A stretch of DNA of 63,008 nucleotides, the filler included, from Hyphochytrium catenoides (lineage: Eukaryota; Protista; Hyphochytriomycota), in assembly GCA_900088475.1 (NCBI GenBank). It is 9 parts of 9 records of this genome, joined end to end, with 100 filler letters (N's around TTAATTAATTAA, not from the genome) between each part and the next. Parts side by side here need not be neighbours in the genome. Positions count along the whole stretch, not along the records: positions 26,383 to 29,598 come from FLMG01003343.1; positions 29,699 to 32,461 come from FLMG01001197.1; positions 32,562 to 44,885 come from FLMG01004661.1; 6 more parts are not named here. One strand, written 5' to 3'. The translations under genes were made by a program, and so were the position numbers. Below, one piece after another: positions 26,383-37,235 of this stretch. The stretch's first letter is position 1; every line of letters begins with the position of its first letter. The notes beneath the pieces are model-generated. The model did not search any database. It saw only the letters and a list, made by a program, of their open reading frames with translations, and was not told the DNA's origin.

Positions 26383-27562
26383 AAACCTGGGGACCCCAAT
26401 GGAGCCAAGTCTCTGCTCCCAGACATCTGGCGCCTTCAAATGAAGAAAGCGAAGCTGACTCCTGAGTGAGGGCACCAGAGAAGAAGAAGGGGAGCACATA
26501 GAGAAAGGATGACGCGAGAAAGTCAAAACGAGAGGTGACAAGAAGCTTAGCACCGGGAAGTCAGTACTCCAGGGACAAGCCCTAGCACGTGAGTAGCCAA
26601 GCAAGGGCAAGAGACCTGTCCGGCCCGAGGACTGTAAGGATAAGGTAGGCCCATCACAGACAGTAATAGAGCCATGAAAGAACGCAAAGAGAGAGAGACA
26701 GAGAGCGAGTGAGAGAGACCGAGAGAGAGAAGGGGAGGGAGAGAGAGACATAAATTGAGAGAGAGAGACAGACCAAACGGCATCACAAGGCACTGCGAAA
26801 CAATTGAGAACAGGGAGAAGTAACAGGGACCACAGCGAGACATGACCTTACCCTTCGATATCGGAGTCTGCTCTATACATAGCATCAGCCCCACCAACTA
26901 CGAAGATGTTCTCAAAGCCTTCCTGACGCGCCCAAAGCACAAGCTCCTTGGCAAAGTCCATGGCATGGCCCTGCATAACAAGCAATCAGACAAAGGAAAC
27001 AAGGGAAAGAGAAAGGAGAGAGGCCAATGTCTCAGCCACCATGACAGGTGCCTGCGACCCCATTTTCTCTCTCCCTTTACAGGCAGGCAGCGCCTGGTGT
27101 TCTCAGCGTCCGGCACCAGAACTAACACGATAAGTCTACGGAGCACAAGTCACTCACTTTGATAGGAGGAGCTCGTATCTGAAGAATGACCAACTTTGTC
27201 TCCGTGATCTTTACGAGCTCAAGATTGACGGCAGCGCCAAGGAAATCTTTCGCCACTTCAGGGAGAGAAGAAGCGGAAGGAGCGGCAGACTTCTTTCTCT
27301 TTGTCCGTCGATGCCTATCAGTCTGGTGCTGTGCCAATCCAAAGGCGTCTTCTCCCGCAATATCCACGATATGGAGAGATCGAAGGTATCCAATTCGTCT
27401 GCACCTGTTCCTTTCTATAGCTGTCAAGACCACGGCATCCAAGGCCAGCTGACCCACCGCCCCAATGGATACGGCTGGAAGGAGGAGCGTGCAGCCACTG
27501 AAGGCAGCAACAGAAACAGAATCTGGAGAATCAGGGCACGCCTTGCTGGGATAGAACTCCAT
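26383..27562 (-). CDS. PSMG2: Proteasome assembly chaperone 2-like protein, probably 3' partial at contig end
   Basis: TLLLPAVSIGAVGQLALD, RIGYLRS and LVILQIRAPPIK match PAC2 family motifs, followed by a GTGAGT donor. Confidence 0.75.
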
Positions 27563-28368
27563 AGCTGAGGAGCAGCCTTGACCGAGAGCGCTTGTCAATG
27601 GGAAGTCCTTCTCTTCTCCTATTGTCGCGCTGAGTCTTCGCCGACGAGGCTTTTGAGGCCTCAGAAGGTAGCTTTCTGGGGGCAGGAAATGGCAGTTCCA
27701 GAGCTTCATCAGAACAAGAAAGATTGTTCTTCTGAAGTCCGGAAGGTAAAAGCGACTAAAGAAGGTTGAATGTGTATAATTGTCACTAGGTCATGATGGA
27801 ACTACAGAACTACAGCCGTATATGCGACAATCTCAAGGCCAAATTGGGAAAAAAGCTGCAGATTTTGAAGATCTGCAGAATTTGTCAGAGCCACGCTGCT
27901 GATAAAGTTCAGATTGTCTGCTGTTTGGCCTGACGGAGATGGAGATGAGACTCGTCCTCTTTGAGACTTCTCAAACGGGGACAAGCTCTATAGGTTTATT
28001 TGACTTGTATAACTAGGAGAGAATCCATGTCCCGACGACGAAGAAGCGAATATGGTTTTCGTCGCAGAGCAAGACTCGACGTGGCCAGACTTCTTCCCAT
28101 CGGCCCTGTTCGGGTGAGTCGTGAAGGACATAAATCGGGTCTTCAGTCCGCCATAACCTGGCCGCAAACTTTGTGCAAGGATCTGACTGTCATCTTATTC
28201 TATCTCTACCTCGCATCATCATAGTAGGCGGACTGTCTTCCCTTGTGAGCTGTTATAGCGCTCCCAGAAAGGTGCAAATGGAATGTAGCATAACATTATT
28301 AACTTATTTGGCAGGTCTGTCTGATATGCTCAGCACAGCACTGCTTTGTAAATAACCCTGCCTGTGGC

Positions 28369-29508
28369 TTACTTCAGGCTGTATGCCTTGGCAACCTCCG
28401 CACCAATGGTCTTGTCCCAGTTATTGCCAGCCGCTGTGTAGTCGTTTCTGATATCCCAGATCATTACACCGAGGGCCTTTCCGCCAACCTTAATGTAGCT
28501 GGCCGCATCGCTTCTTAAGGGGCCAGTGGTGCCTCCATAGGCACAGCCTGCACCAGCACAAGTGCCGAGAGCAACCTGGCTTGGCTTGATAGAGGGACTA
28601 ACAGCGAAGATCTTGTCAAACTCCCCTTGGATGCCATCGTAGAAGCCACGGAACGACCCGATGTTATAAGCCATCCATAGGAAGATGTCATAATACGGCG
28701 TGATGGCCTTGAAGGTGGTCACGTGGTCAGCAAAGTCGCTAGGAACAGCCGAGTTGATGTCAGAGAAGGCGGTCCAAGAAAGAGTTAACTTCGGGAGCTT
28801 CGCTCTAAGCGCCTTGCTGTAAGCAAGAGCGATCTGGTCGTTCTGCCTTGACTTGCCATCGGCACCTACATCCTTGCATTCATAGTCCACATCCACGCCA
28901 TCCAGGCCGTACTTCTCCACCATATCAGCGATTCCACTTGCAAACTTGGCCTCATTGCCAGCTGCAGATTGCCCAAACATGTTGTCGATAGATCCATCGT
29001 CTTTTCCACAGTTAGCGGCACCTCCGACGGAAAGGTAAACCAGTCCGCCCTTGGCTTGGCGCTTCTTAATCAGCTCATCCAGCCCTTTGTACTCTGCGAT
29101 GGGATCGCTTGGGACTCCATTGGTGAGGACAGAGAAAGAAATCAGGATGATCTTATAATAATCAGGAATGCTCTCAAAAGGCGGTGTAGCTGCCTTGGCA
29201 TCGTAGTAAGCGATGAGCGTAGGACCAGCGGGGATCTGGCTGGATGGAGGCTTGGTAGTAACCGGCGAGGTGGTCGGCGTGGTGCTATTGCTGGCACAAG
29301 AGCAAAGCGTGGAGACACAGAGTTCTCCAGGGCAGATCTCAGGGTCCCCACAGTACGACTTGACGTTCTTAAGAGCCTTATACGGAGACTTCTGGTTGGG
29401 GCCACAGCTGGAAGCTGCTGGAGCCTTTGTGGTTGTCTGTCCGAGGACGAGACACTGTGAGGAAAGAGCTGCAACGAGCAGAAGACCAGAGAGAATCCTC
29501 TGAATCAT
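28369..29508 (-). CDS. Secreted GH18 chitinase-like glycoside hydrolase, intronless (379 aa)
   Basis: Signal peptide, Cys-rich module, P/T-rich linker, LSVGGA, intact DGVDVDYE (DxxDxDxE) catalytic motif, MAYN and GVMIWD. Confidence 0.9.
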   Translation of the reverse strand: MIQRILSGLLLVAALSSQCLVLGQTTTKAPAASSCGPNQKSPYKALKNVKSYCGDPEICPGELCVSTLCSCASNSTTPTTSPVTTKPPSSQIPAGPTLIAYYDAKAATPPFESIPDYYKIILISFSVLTNGVPSDPIAEYKGLDELIKKRQAKGGLVYLSVGGAANCGKDDGSIDNMFGQSAAGNEAKFASGIADMVEKYGLDGVDVDYECKDVGADGKSRQNDQIALAYSKALRAKLPKLTLSWTAFSDINSAVPSDFADHVTTFKAITPYYDIFLWMAYNIGSFRGFYDGIQGEFDKIFAVSPSIKPSQVALGTCAGAGCAYGGTTGPLRSDAASYIKVGGKALGVMIWDIRNDYTAAGNNWDKTIGAEVAKAYSLK

Positions 29509-29598
29509 CGTTCTTTATGGAGAAAGAAAAGCCGTTGTCTATGAGAAAAGCCTTCGCTGGAGCTCTATTTGAAGTCTCTGTGAGAGAAAGTAAAGGCC

Positions 29599-29698
29599 NN
29601 NNNNNNNNNNNNNNNNNNNNNNNNNNNNNNNNNNNNNNNNNNTTAATTAATTAANNNNNNNNNNNNNNNNNNNNNNNNNNNNNNNNNNNNNNNNNNNN
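29599..29698. other. Artificial contig linker
   Basis: Same 100-nt spacer. Confidence 0.97.
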
Positions 29699-30236
29699 GG
29701 GGGGGAAGAGGAAGGAGGACGAAGGAGGAGAAAGGGAAAGAGAGAGAGACACAGATAGGCAAAGCGTGAGTAAGCATTGGCAGCCGCTGTAAGAGCTCAG
29801 CAATAAGTGGCCAGAGATTCACAAGGGGAAGGATCAAGCGGTAAGTACAGACATCACCAGCAAGAGTACAATTGCGTAGATTAGCGCTATGGCTGGTGAC
29901 CCATGAGGGCGCCAGTGGAAAGACAAAGGAAGAAAGTAGGAGAAAGGGGAAAGGAGAGACCAAAGAAAGATTTTCCGGCTATACTTAGAAAGAGGATGGG
30001 AGATGACCGCGGCCCAGATAGAAGCAAAGGTCAAGCAGCCAGGATAACAATGATGGAGAATTGCGAGGGACAAGACGCCGCCACGGAGAAAAGTGTACAG
30101 AAGAAAGAGAGCTATTTAGACAAAGAGGGGGAAAAAGAAAAAAAAAAGAAGAGAGAGAGAGAGAGAGGAAGAGAGAGAGAGGAGTCAAACAGAAGAGGAT
30201 AAAAACGACAAGGTCAACGCTTCGGGTGATGCCTTC

Positions 30237-32024
30237 TTACCGAGAACACGGGATAATCTCCACTCTTCCGCCACAGAGCCACGTTCTGAAGGACATTTCT
30301 AGGTTCTCTCCTCCCCAGACTTCCATCTGCGGGTCATACTTCCCAAACTCAGTCCACCAGTCGCTCTTGAGGGCCAAGAGGCCGCCCGACATTGTAGGAG
30401 AGGCCAAAGGCTCAGTTGCTTTTTGTTTCTTCTGTTCTGCGCTGAGATCCACCCACGTGAAGGTCAACGTGCAGTCAAAGCCTCCTCGCGATGCCGCTGT
30501 CTCTGTGTACTCTAAGGTATCGTCGTTGATGATGTCGATATTGGGGAGAACCACGCACTTGGGGCACTGCAAAAACGGAGATGGAGAGGAAAAGAGTGAG
30601 GACGATTTCGTGGGGAGAGAGAGCACAGGAGACAGCGTGAGAGAGACGAGCAAAAGAGAGAGCACGCTAAGGAAAGAGGAAGGCTATCATCTAGTTCAAT
30701 CAGGCTTAGGGTATGATGGACAGAAAATCCAGACGGGAAGAGAGAGAGAGAATCAAAAGAGTGACAAAGAAAGAAACATCAGCCTAGCAAAAGGGACAAA
30801 GAGAGAAGCCACAGTTGAAGCGAAGATAAGGAAAGTTCCCCCTAATCGTCGACAGGACAATAGGCTAATGGCAGCATCCACTAAGACAAGACTAAGGACG
30901 AGGGGAGCACAAGGGAAAGAAAGACAAGGGAAAGAAAGACGTGTGGCTTACCTCCGCCAGCCTGGCCATCAGTGGCTCCAGCCAGCCCACATTGGCCTCA
31001 ACATGAGACTCCAAGAAGACAAGCACGTCTCCCTGTGCCATGTCCGCTCCTATAATCTTCCCCTTGATCAGCCCCAGTCGCTGCCTGCAGCATGAGGCCA
31101 CAAAGGCAACGTCCCGAAGCACAAAGTCCCACAAGGTGGGAGGCAGGAGACAGTGAGAGAAACGTGAAAGAGAAATTGAGAGACAGAGAGAGAGGAGGAG
31201 GTTAGAAAAAAAGAGATAAACTGAAGTAGGGCCGACAGAACAGCTGGAGAAGCTTACATTTTCCTGAGACAAAAGACCAAAGACAAGCAGAATGCAGGCA
31301 GAGAGAGAGAGAGAGAGACAAAGAAGAGAAGCATAATAAGGGAGAGATCGAAAAAGATAAAGATTGAAGGGAGACAGGAGGAGCCAAACTGCGGGTAGAG
31401 ATAGCGAGAGATGAAGAGAAAAGGAAAATTGTGCATGTACCTTGCACTCCAGAGCTTCACCTTTCTGGGAAACCTCTCAATGTTTCTCACCATCTCTTCG
31501 TAAGGAGTCCACAGATCTGCTTCCTCCTTGTTGAAGTCGTCAACAAGGATAATCTCTTTTACAAGGTGAGAAGGCGTGCGGTCGAGAATGGTCCACACGG
31601 AGCGCCTAACAGAGAGAGACACATCGGGAGAGAAGAGGAGAACGTTAGGGAGAGGGTCAAAAGACCCGACTTTCTCTCTTTCTTTCGAAACCTTGCCGTG
31701 GAAAAGAGACAAAAAGGGAGAGAAAGAGATGGTGAAAGGGAAATCCAAAGACAAAGAGTGCAACCAAGATATCATAAGATGGACCGCGAGAGGATGAGCA
31801 TAGAGAGAGAGGCAGAAAGAAGAAAGAGAGCCACTATAAAAAGGGAAGTGTAGAGGAGGAGACCTCATATTGGCCCAGGACTCGTTTCGGAAAGGGATGA
31901 TGATGGAGGCTGTCCAACTTTCAGGAAATTTCCAATCGTGCGTCTTGCACTCCTCTGGCCGAGGGTCCTTCGGGCGAGTATACTTCTCCACCGGGGCACC
32001 GGAGTCTAGATATTTGCCCTGGCA
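30237..32024 (-). CDS. Polypeptide N-acetylgalactosaminyltransferase (GT27), internal fragment
   Basis: [93 protein letters not shown]. Confidence 0.92.
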
Positions 32025-32044
32025 GGACGGAGAGAGAAAAAGAA

Positions 32045-32079
<35 letters not shown>

Positions 32080-32461
32080 AAGAGAAAAAAGAGAGAGGGA
32101 GGATGTGAGAAGAGAGGAGGACGGAGTCAGTGGGAAAGAGCGAAGGAGGGAGGGGGCCGGTTTTAAAGCGAGGAGTTAACAGCACGATTGTAGAGACAGA
32201 CAGAGGGAAAGAGAGAGAGATCGACATCCCAAAAGTTTTGGCACTTAAGAAAAGAGCATAGCCACTTATAAGATGTAAGGGAACACCATCTGAGATCAAC
32301 CAAGGGAAAGAGGGAAGCAAAGAGAGTGTGAGAGAGAGAGAGGGAGAGAGAGAACGGCAGAGGGAAGGAGAGAAACAGAGAGAGAGAGGAGGAGGGCTGC
32401 GCGACTTTAGAGCGGATGGATAGCTAAGCAAACCAAACCTTGCAAGAAGAAGAAACAAAGG

Positions 32462-32561
32462 NNNNNNNNNNNNNNNNNNNNNNNNNNNNNNNNNNNNNNN
32501 NNNNNTTAATTAATTAANNNNNNNNNNNNNNNNNNNNNNNNNNNNNNNNNNNNNNNNNNNN
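32462..32561. other. Artificial contig linker
   Basis: Same 100-nt spacer. Confidence 0.97.
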
Positions 32562-33610
32562 AGGACGTTAGCCGCTCTAATTGGTAGCATGCTACCGTGC
32601 CCGTGCTACCAACAAAAGTCTCGATGGGAACGACCCTGATTGAGGAGGAGGAGAAAGAAGAGGAGGAATGAATGAAGGAGGAACACGATGGAGGCACGGA
32701 AAGCTGACTACCCCTGGGGGATTCCTGGGGGGAAGTTTGGTGAGACTTGTCGACGGCTTTACAAATACTTGGTACTTGTACTTGTACAAGCTAAAATATT
32801 ACGGAGTAGTTCTATTTTGTTGCGAGCTGATCTGGCCAAGAACTGGAAATTCCTTTCATAAATGTTTTTGATCAAGTTCAACTTATTCAGAATGAGCAGG
32901 CTCTTATGATGCCGCCTGCCAGTTAAGTTGATACCTTACTTGTCAGCAGGGGAAACCTTAGCTGTTTTGGTGATGAACTCTAAAGTGTCCGTCCACCTCG
33001 TGCAGTTGAGCTGTTGAGCTCAGATTTGACAGGGTAAGAGATCTGTAGCTGGTGATGAAGAATCACTCTGAAGCTGTGCAATGTCATAATTGTGCCTGGA
33101 AAGATTCGTATTTTAAATCTCATGAAAAGTAATGTAACTTATTTTGGCTAGATCTCGACAACCACTACTTGTAGCAACTCGAAGATTGTGCAAGCAACAG
33201 TCTTCAAGACAGACAACAAGAAGAGGATGTCCTTCCAAATTTCAGGTCAATCGGAGCAATATTGGCTGTGGCCGGTCTTTCGGAGAAAACAGGTCATTAT
33301 TGACCGGATCAGCCTGTACTCCCTGCATGGATCTGTCTAACTGTTGATCCAAAGTGTACTTGGTACTTGGAACTTGGATGCCTCAGGTGAAATGAAGCAG
33401 CACTTTTGATGATGATCTGATGATCATTGGAACGCTTTGTGGTGGAGGCTTTATTAGGATGATGAAGCCTCAACGATGATGATTCTTCCTGCGTGGGGCC
33501 GATCGATAATACTCTTCTTCGTCTCAGTCATTGTCAACGACAGCAAGTGATCGTCCGTAGATAGAGGACACAAGCTGAATACCTACAGAAAATTAGAAGA
33601 TAGAGGAGCT

Positions 33611-33694
33611 ATTTCTTCTTAGTAGGCACGCATAAGTGCTTGTAGTGCGCACGATTTCTTTCTTAGTACGCATAAGTAGTTGTAGTGCACGACG
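33611..33694. repeat. Degenerate ~42-bp tandem repeat upstream of the ADH gene
   Basis: ATTTCTTCTTAGTAGGCACGCATAAGTGCTTGTAGTGCGCACG followed by ATTTCTTTCTTAGTACGCATAAGTAGTTGTAGTGCACGACG. Confidence 0.8.
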
Positions 33695-35379
33695 TGTGAT
33701 CAGAGAGGAAAAGACGCGATGAAAGAAGAAGAAGAAGAATTAAACCAATGGAATGAAGCTCAGAGCACGGGCATTTATTAATGTTAAACGTGCAAGGCCG
33801 ATTCAAGTCTCTGCTGAGTTTTAGAGCCGCCACCAATCTCAACCCCATCAGAGAGCAGCGCCGCGGAGAGGAAGAGGGAATTAGTAATATGAGGCATCGA
33901 TTCGGTCATTATGCGCTAAACTCTTAAAAAGCATCATAAAACATTAACAGGAGGTAAGGCCATCATCAACAAAGTCTCAGCTCTTGTTTTCCTTGCAGAA
34001 GAGGAGGGTACGGTGGAGAGGAGAGTGGTGGGAGCAGAAGAGGGGATTCCATTTGTGGCCAACATAAGCAGTCCTCTGCTGGCACTTGGTGTTTCTAGTA
34101 AAGGGGGAGGGAAGGATTGAGTTCATTATTATTATGCGTCTGATGATGAGTAGGGCCTCCGGGTAAGTAATGATGATTATTCCTCTTTCCACTGACTGCA
34201 GGCCTCTGTTCAGCTTGAGAAAGAGGACGACCAAAAGATGCGGTAGTTCCTCGTTCTACATCATGGGCTCGTCTTGAGTTCCAAATAGGGGAAACCCAAT
34301 TATCCTAATAAAATCCCAGAGTGCCGCTAGTAATGTTTTCTTTTTCTGAAGTAGACGGCGGGCGACCCTGCCAAGGGCTAAAAAAGGGGGTTGTTATGAA
34401 TCTGTGGGCCTCGACTATTACAGCCATGGGTCCTGAAGACTCCAAAACCTCCATAGAAGGTCAGAATCTCATCAGCTCTTCCTAAAGTTCCCCTACCCTA
34501 AAGTTGTTTACAAGCCCTCCTCCTTGGCCAGTTCGTTGCTGTTCGATGGCTGTAGACCAAACTCTAGGAATTACCCTGTGTCTACTATGACGTGGTGAGC
34601 CGGTCAAGATCCATCAGTTTGCCCTTTCCTACTTACCCACTCCACGACATAGCAAAACGTGACAGTCCATGGGTGGGCGATCGTGGTTTTTATTAGGTAA
34701 CACGTGTTAATGTTCTGTTACTAGACAACAGGGGTCCCACCCACCCCGTTCAACTGAAAGGCAAGATGGAAGGTGATGGAAAGACTGACATCACTCGTCA
34801 CTCCCTTTCTATTTACCAAGACCAGAACCAGAGAGACACATCACTCAGTCAGATGATGTTGGGGGACGCAGACAGAGGGTGGGAGAGATATCACTTGTCA
34901 ATAGTAACGCATAGTAAGGGATAAAGACAGAATAATCCATGAATTGACAGGATGAGGGTCGGAAATAGTAACGGGGAAGTGGCTGGAAAGATTTGGCTTG
35001 TTCTAGAGACAGGGAAGAGTAGCAGCAAAAGAGCAAGAGCAAGAGGTAGGGCAGATAAGAGAGGGAGAGAGAGGGAAAGAGAGAGAGACAGAGAGAGAGA
35101 AAGATCCAGGGAGTGAATGTGGGGCTCAGTTTGCTGTATACAATGAAAGAGAGAGAGGTAATGAGAGGCACTCCTTGAGAGATGGAAGATGCCCGCCCCT
35201 CTTGGCCGACAGGTAGTTAGTTCTGCAGCACGATCTTTGTGCGGTGGGCAAGCCTTCTGATCCTTCACTGTCTCCGATCACTTCCAATCTTTCCAGCAGC
35301 TTGAGAGCACTTTTAACATTGCCCGCCGCTCAGTTGACAACTTGCTTGTGATTCCCTATCATTTTAAAACTACACTCAA

Positions 35380-36429
35380 ATGGCACAGGAAATTCAAGCC
35401 CGTGGCTATGCTGCCCGTGATGCCTCTGGCCATCTGAGCCCTTACACGTTCACACGTAGGGCACCTCAACCTCATGATGTGGCCATTGACATCCTTTGGG
35501 CTGGGATTTGCCACTCCGACATCCACACAGCTAAAGGAGACTGGGGCCCTGCTAACTATCCCCTGGTCCCTGGCCATGAGATTGTCGGTAAAGTCACGGC
35601 GGTGGGCTCCAACGTCACCAAGTTTTCCGTAGGAGATACGGTGGGTGTAGGCTGCCTGGTCGACACCTGCAGAAAATGCTCCAACTGCGAAGTAGGTGAC
35701 CACCCTTACTGCCTTGGAGGCGGCACCTTCACATACAACAGCATTGATAAGTACGGCCAATCAACCGCAGGAGGCTACTCTAACGTAATTGTCGTTGATG
35801 AGAACTACGTCCTCCGCGTCCCAGCTGGCATGGATCTTTCAAAGGCTGCTCCTCTACTTTGCGCTGGGATCACAACTTACTCACCGCTCAGACACTGGAA
35901 GGTTGGTCCTGGTTCTAAGGTTGGTGTTGCTGGTCTTGGAGGGCTCGGTCACATGGCTGTGAAGATCGCGGCTGCTATGGGCGCAGAAGTCACGGTCATT
36001 AGTACCAGTGAGAGCAAGCGCGCAGATGCGCAGGGTCTAGGAGCCCAAAAGTTCTTCTTGACCAGCGAAGCCGAGCAGTGGAATCAGTACAAGGGCTACT
36101 TCAACCTGATTGTTGATACTATCTCTGCCCCCCATGACGTAGAGAAGTACCTGTCTACATTGACTCTGAATGGCACACTCGTTGTCGTTGGTCTTCCAAC
36201 AGAGCCAATGAAGATTGGCGCTGGCTCACTTATCTTTGGCCGTAAGTCTATCGCTGGATCTCTTATTGGTGGGATTCCCGAGACTCAAGAAATGCTTGAC
36301 TTCTGCGCCAAGCATAATATCTACCCTGACGTCGAGATCATCACCCCTGAGAAGGTTAACGAGGCTTGGACTAGGGTGCTGAAGAACGACGTCAAGTACC
36401 GCTTTGTCATCGACATTGGAAAGCTTTAA
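35380..36429 (+). CDS. Zn-dependent NADP alcohol dehydrogenase (CAD/YahK/AdhC-like), intronless (349 aa)
   Basis: GICHSD, GHEIVG, structural Zn site CRKCSNC..C, PLLCAGITTYSPL, GLGGLGH, ISTSESK (NADP-type) and DVKYRFVID. Confidence 0.96.
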   Translation: MAQEIQARGYAARDASGHLSPYTFTRRAPQPHDVAIDILWAGICHSDIHTAKGDWGPANYPLVPGHEIVGKVTAVGSNVTKFSVGDTVGVGCLVDTCRKCSNCEVGDHPYCLGGGTFTYNSIDKYGQSTAGGYSNVIVVDENYVLRVPAGMDLSKAAPLLCAGITTYSPLRHWKVGPGSKVGVAGLGGLGHMAVKIAAAMGAEVTVISTSESKRADAQGLGAQKFFLTSEAEQWNQYKGYFNLIVDTISAPHDVEKYLSTLTLNGTLVVVGLPTEPMKIGAGSLIFGRKSIAGSLIGGIPETQEMLDFCAKHNIYPDVEIITPEKVNEAWTRVLKNDVKYRFVIDIGKL

Positions 36430-37235
36430 TAGGCTTTGATCTTCTTTATTTATACCCGTGTAAGAAGTAGCAGGTACCTTTCGCTGAAGGAGAAAAGGAC
36501 CTGTGAATAGCTTTATAATGCAAAAAGATCTTATCAACATGGCCCATTCGATTCTTCGGTAATCTCACCAAGCGATAGGCTAAATTTTAAGGGGAGTGGT
36601 AGTTGAGTCGAGATGGTGAATCAAGATGCTATCTGTCGGTTGACAGAAATGTTGACATGCCACGGTCATGCGATTGAAAACTTGAGAAGGTTACGAGGTA
36701 CGAGTTGGACTCGAAGTTCAGATGTCAAAAAAGTGGGAAAAGGAACAGGAAGGGTCTAGCAGTTGACAATCAAGGTTGGAGGGAGCTTCCTCTCTTCATC
36801 GTAGCTACTATGCGGGTGCTGCTTGTCGTGTTGATGAAAGGACCTCATAGTGCTTTGAAGAATCAGCCTTGTAGAGAAGATGAGAGATTCGTCTTTCTTT
36901 GACATCCAGATCCTTTGGGTTGTGCAGAGCAAGCAGCCCCGGTGTGAACTTCGGAAGCTCATCGCATATCTCCATCATCCCATAGCCTAAAGCTGACCGT
37001 TAGAGGCTAGTCTTCAGAATGCACCCATCGCTCCTGGGGTAGTTCAGAAAAGGACCGAAGATCTCAGAAAGGAGCTTGAAGATTTGCATACGGAGTTCTG
37101 AAGATTTGACCACTTCCAGTCTTCAATCGTCCGCACTACCTACTAAAGCTCGGTCACGCTGAAGAGAGTCTTGCTCATACCCCTGCACCTTGCTAGGGGA
37201 GAGTTGGTTGACCGTCACCAATCGGAGAAGAAGCC

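Noticed and set aside
30061-31853. Long + strand ORFs rich in E/R (and SL-rich ORFs elsewhere, e.g. 59326-59652, 62225-62788)
   Set aside because: They are by-products of GA/CT microsatellites and antisense frames of real genes.
32880-33500. Possible C/D-box snoRNA cluster (several TGATGA and CTGA words)
   Set aside because: I could not find consistent box spacing, terminal stems or rRNA-complementary guides, and the region is GAT-rich low complexity.
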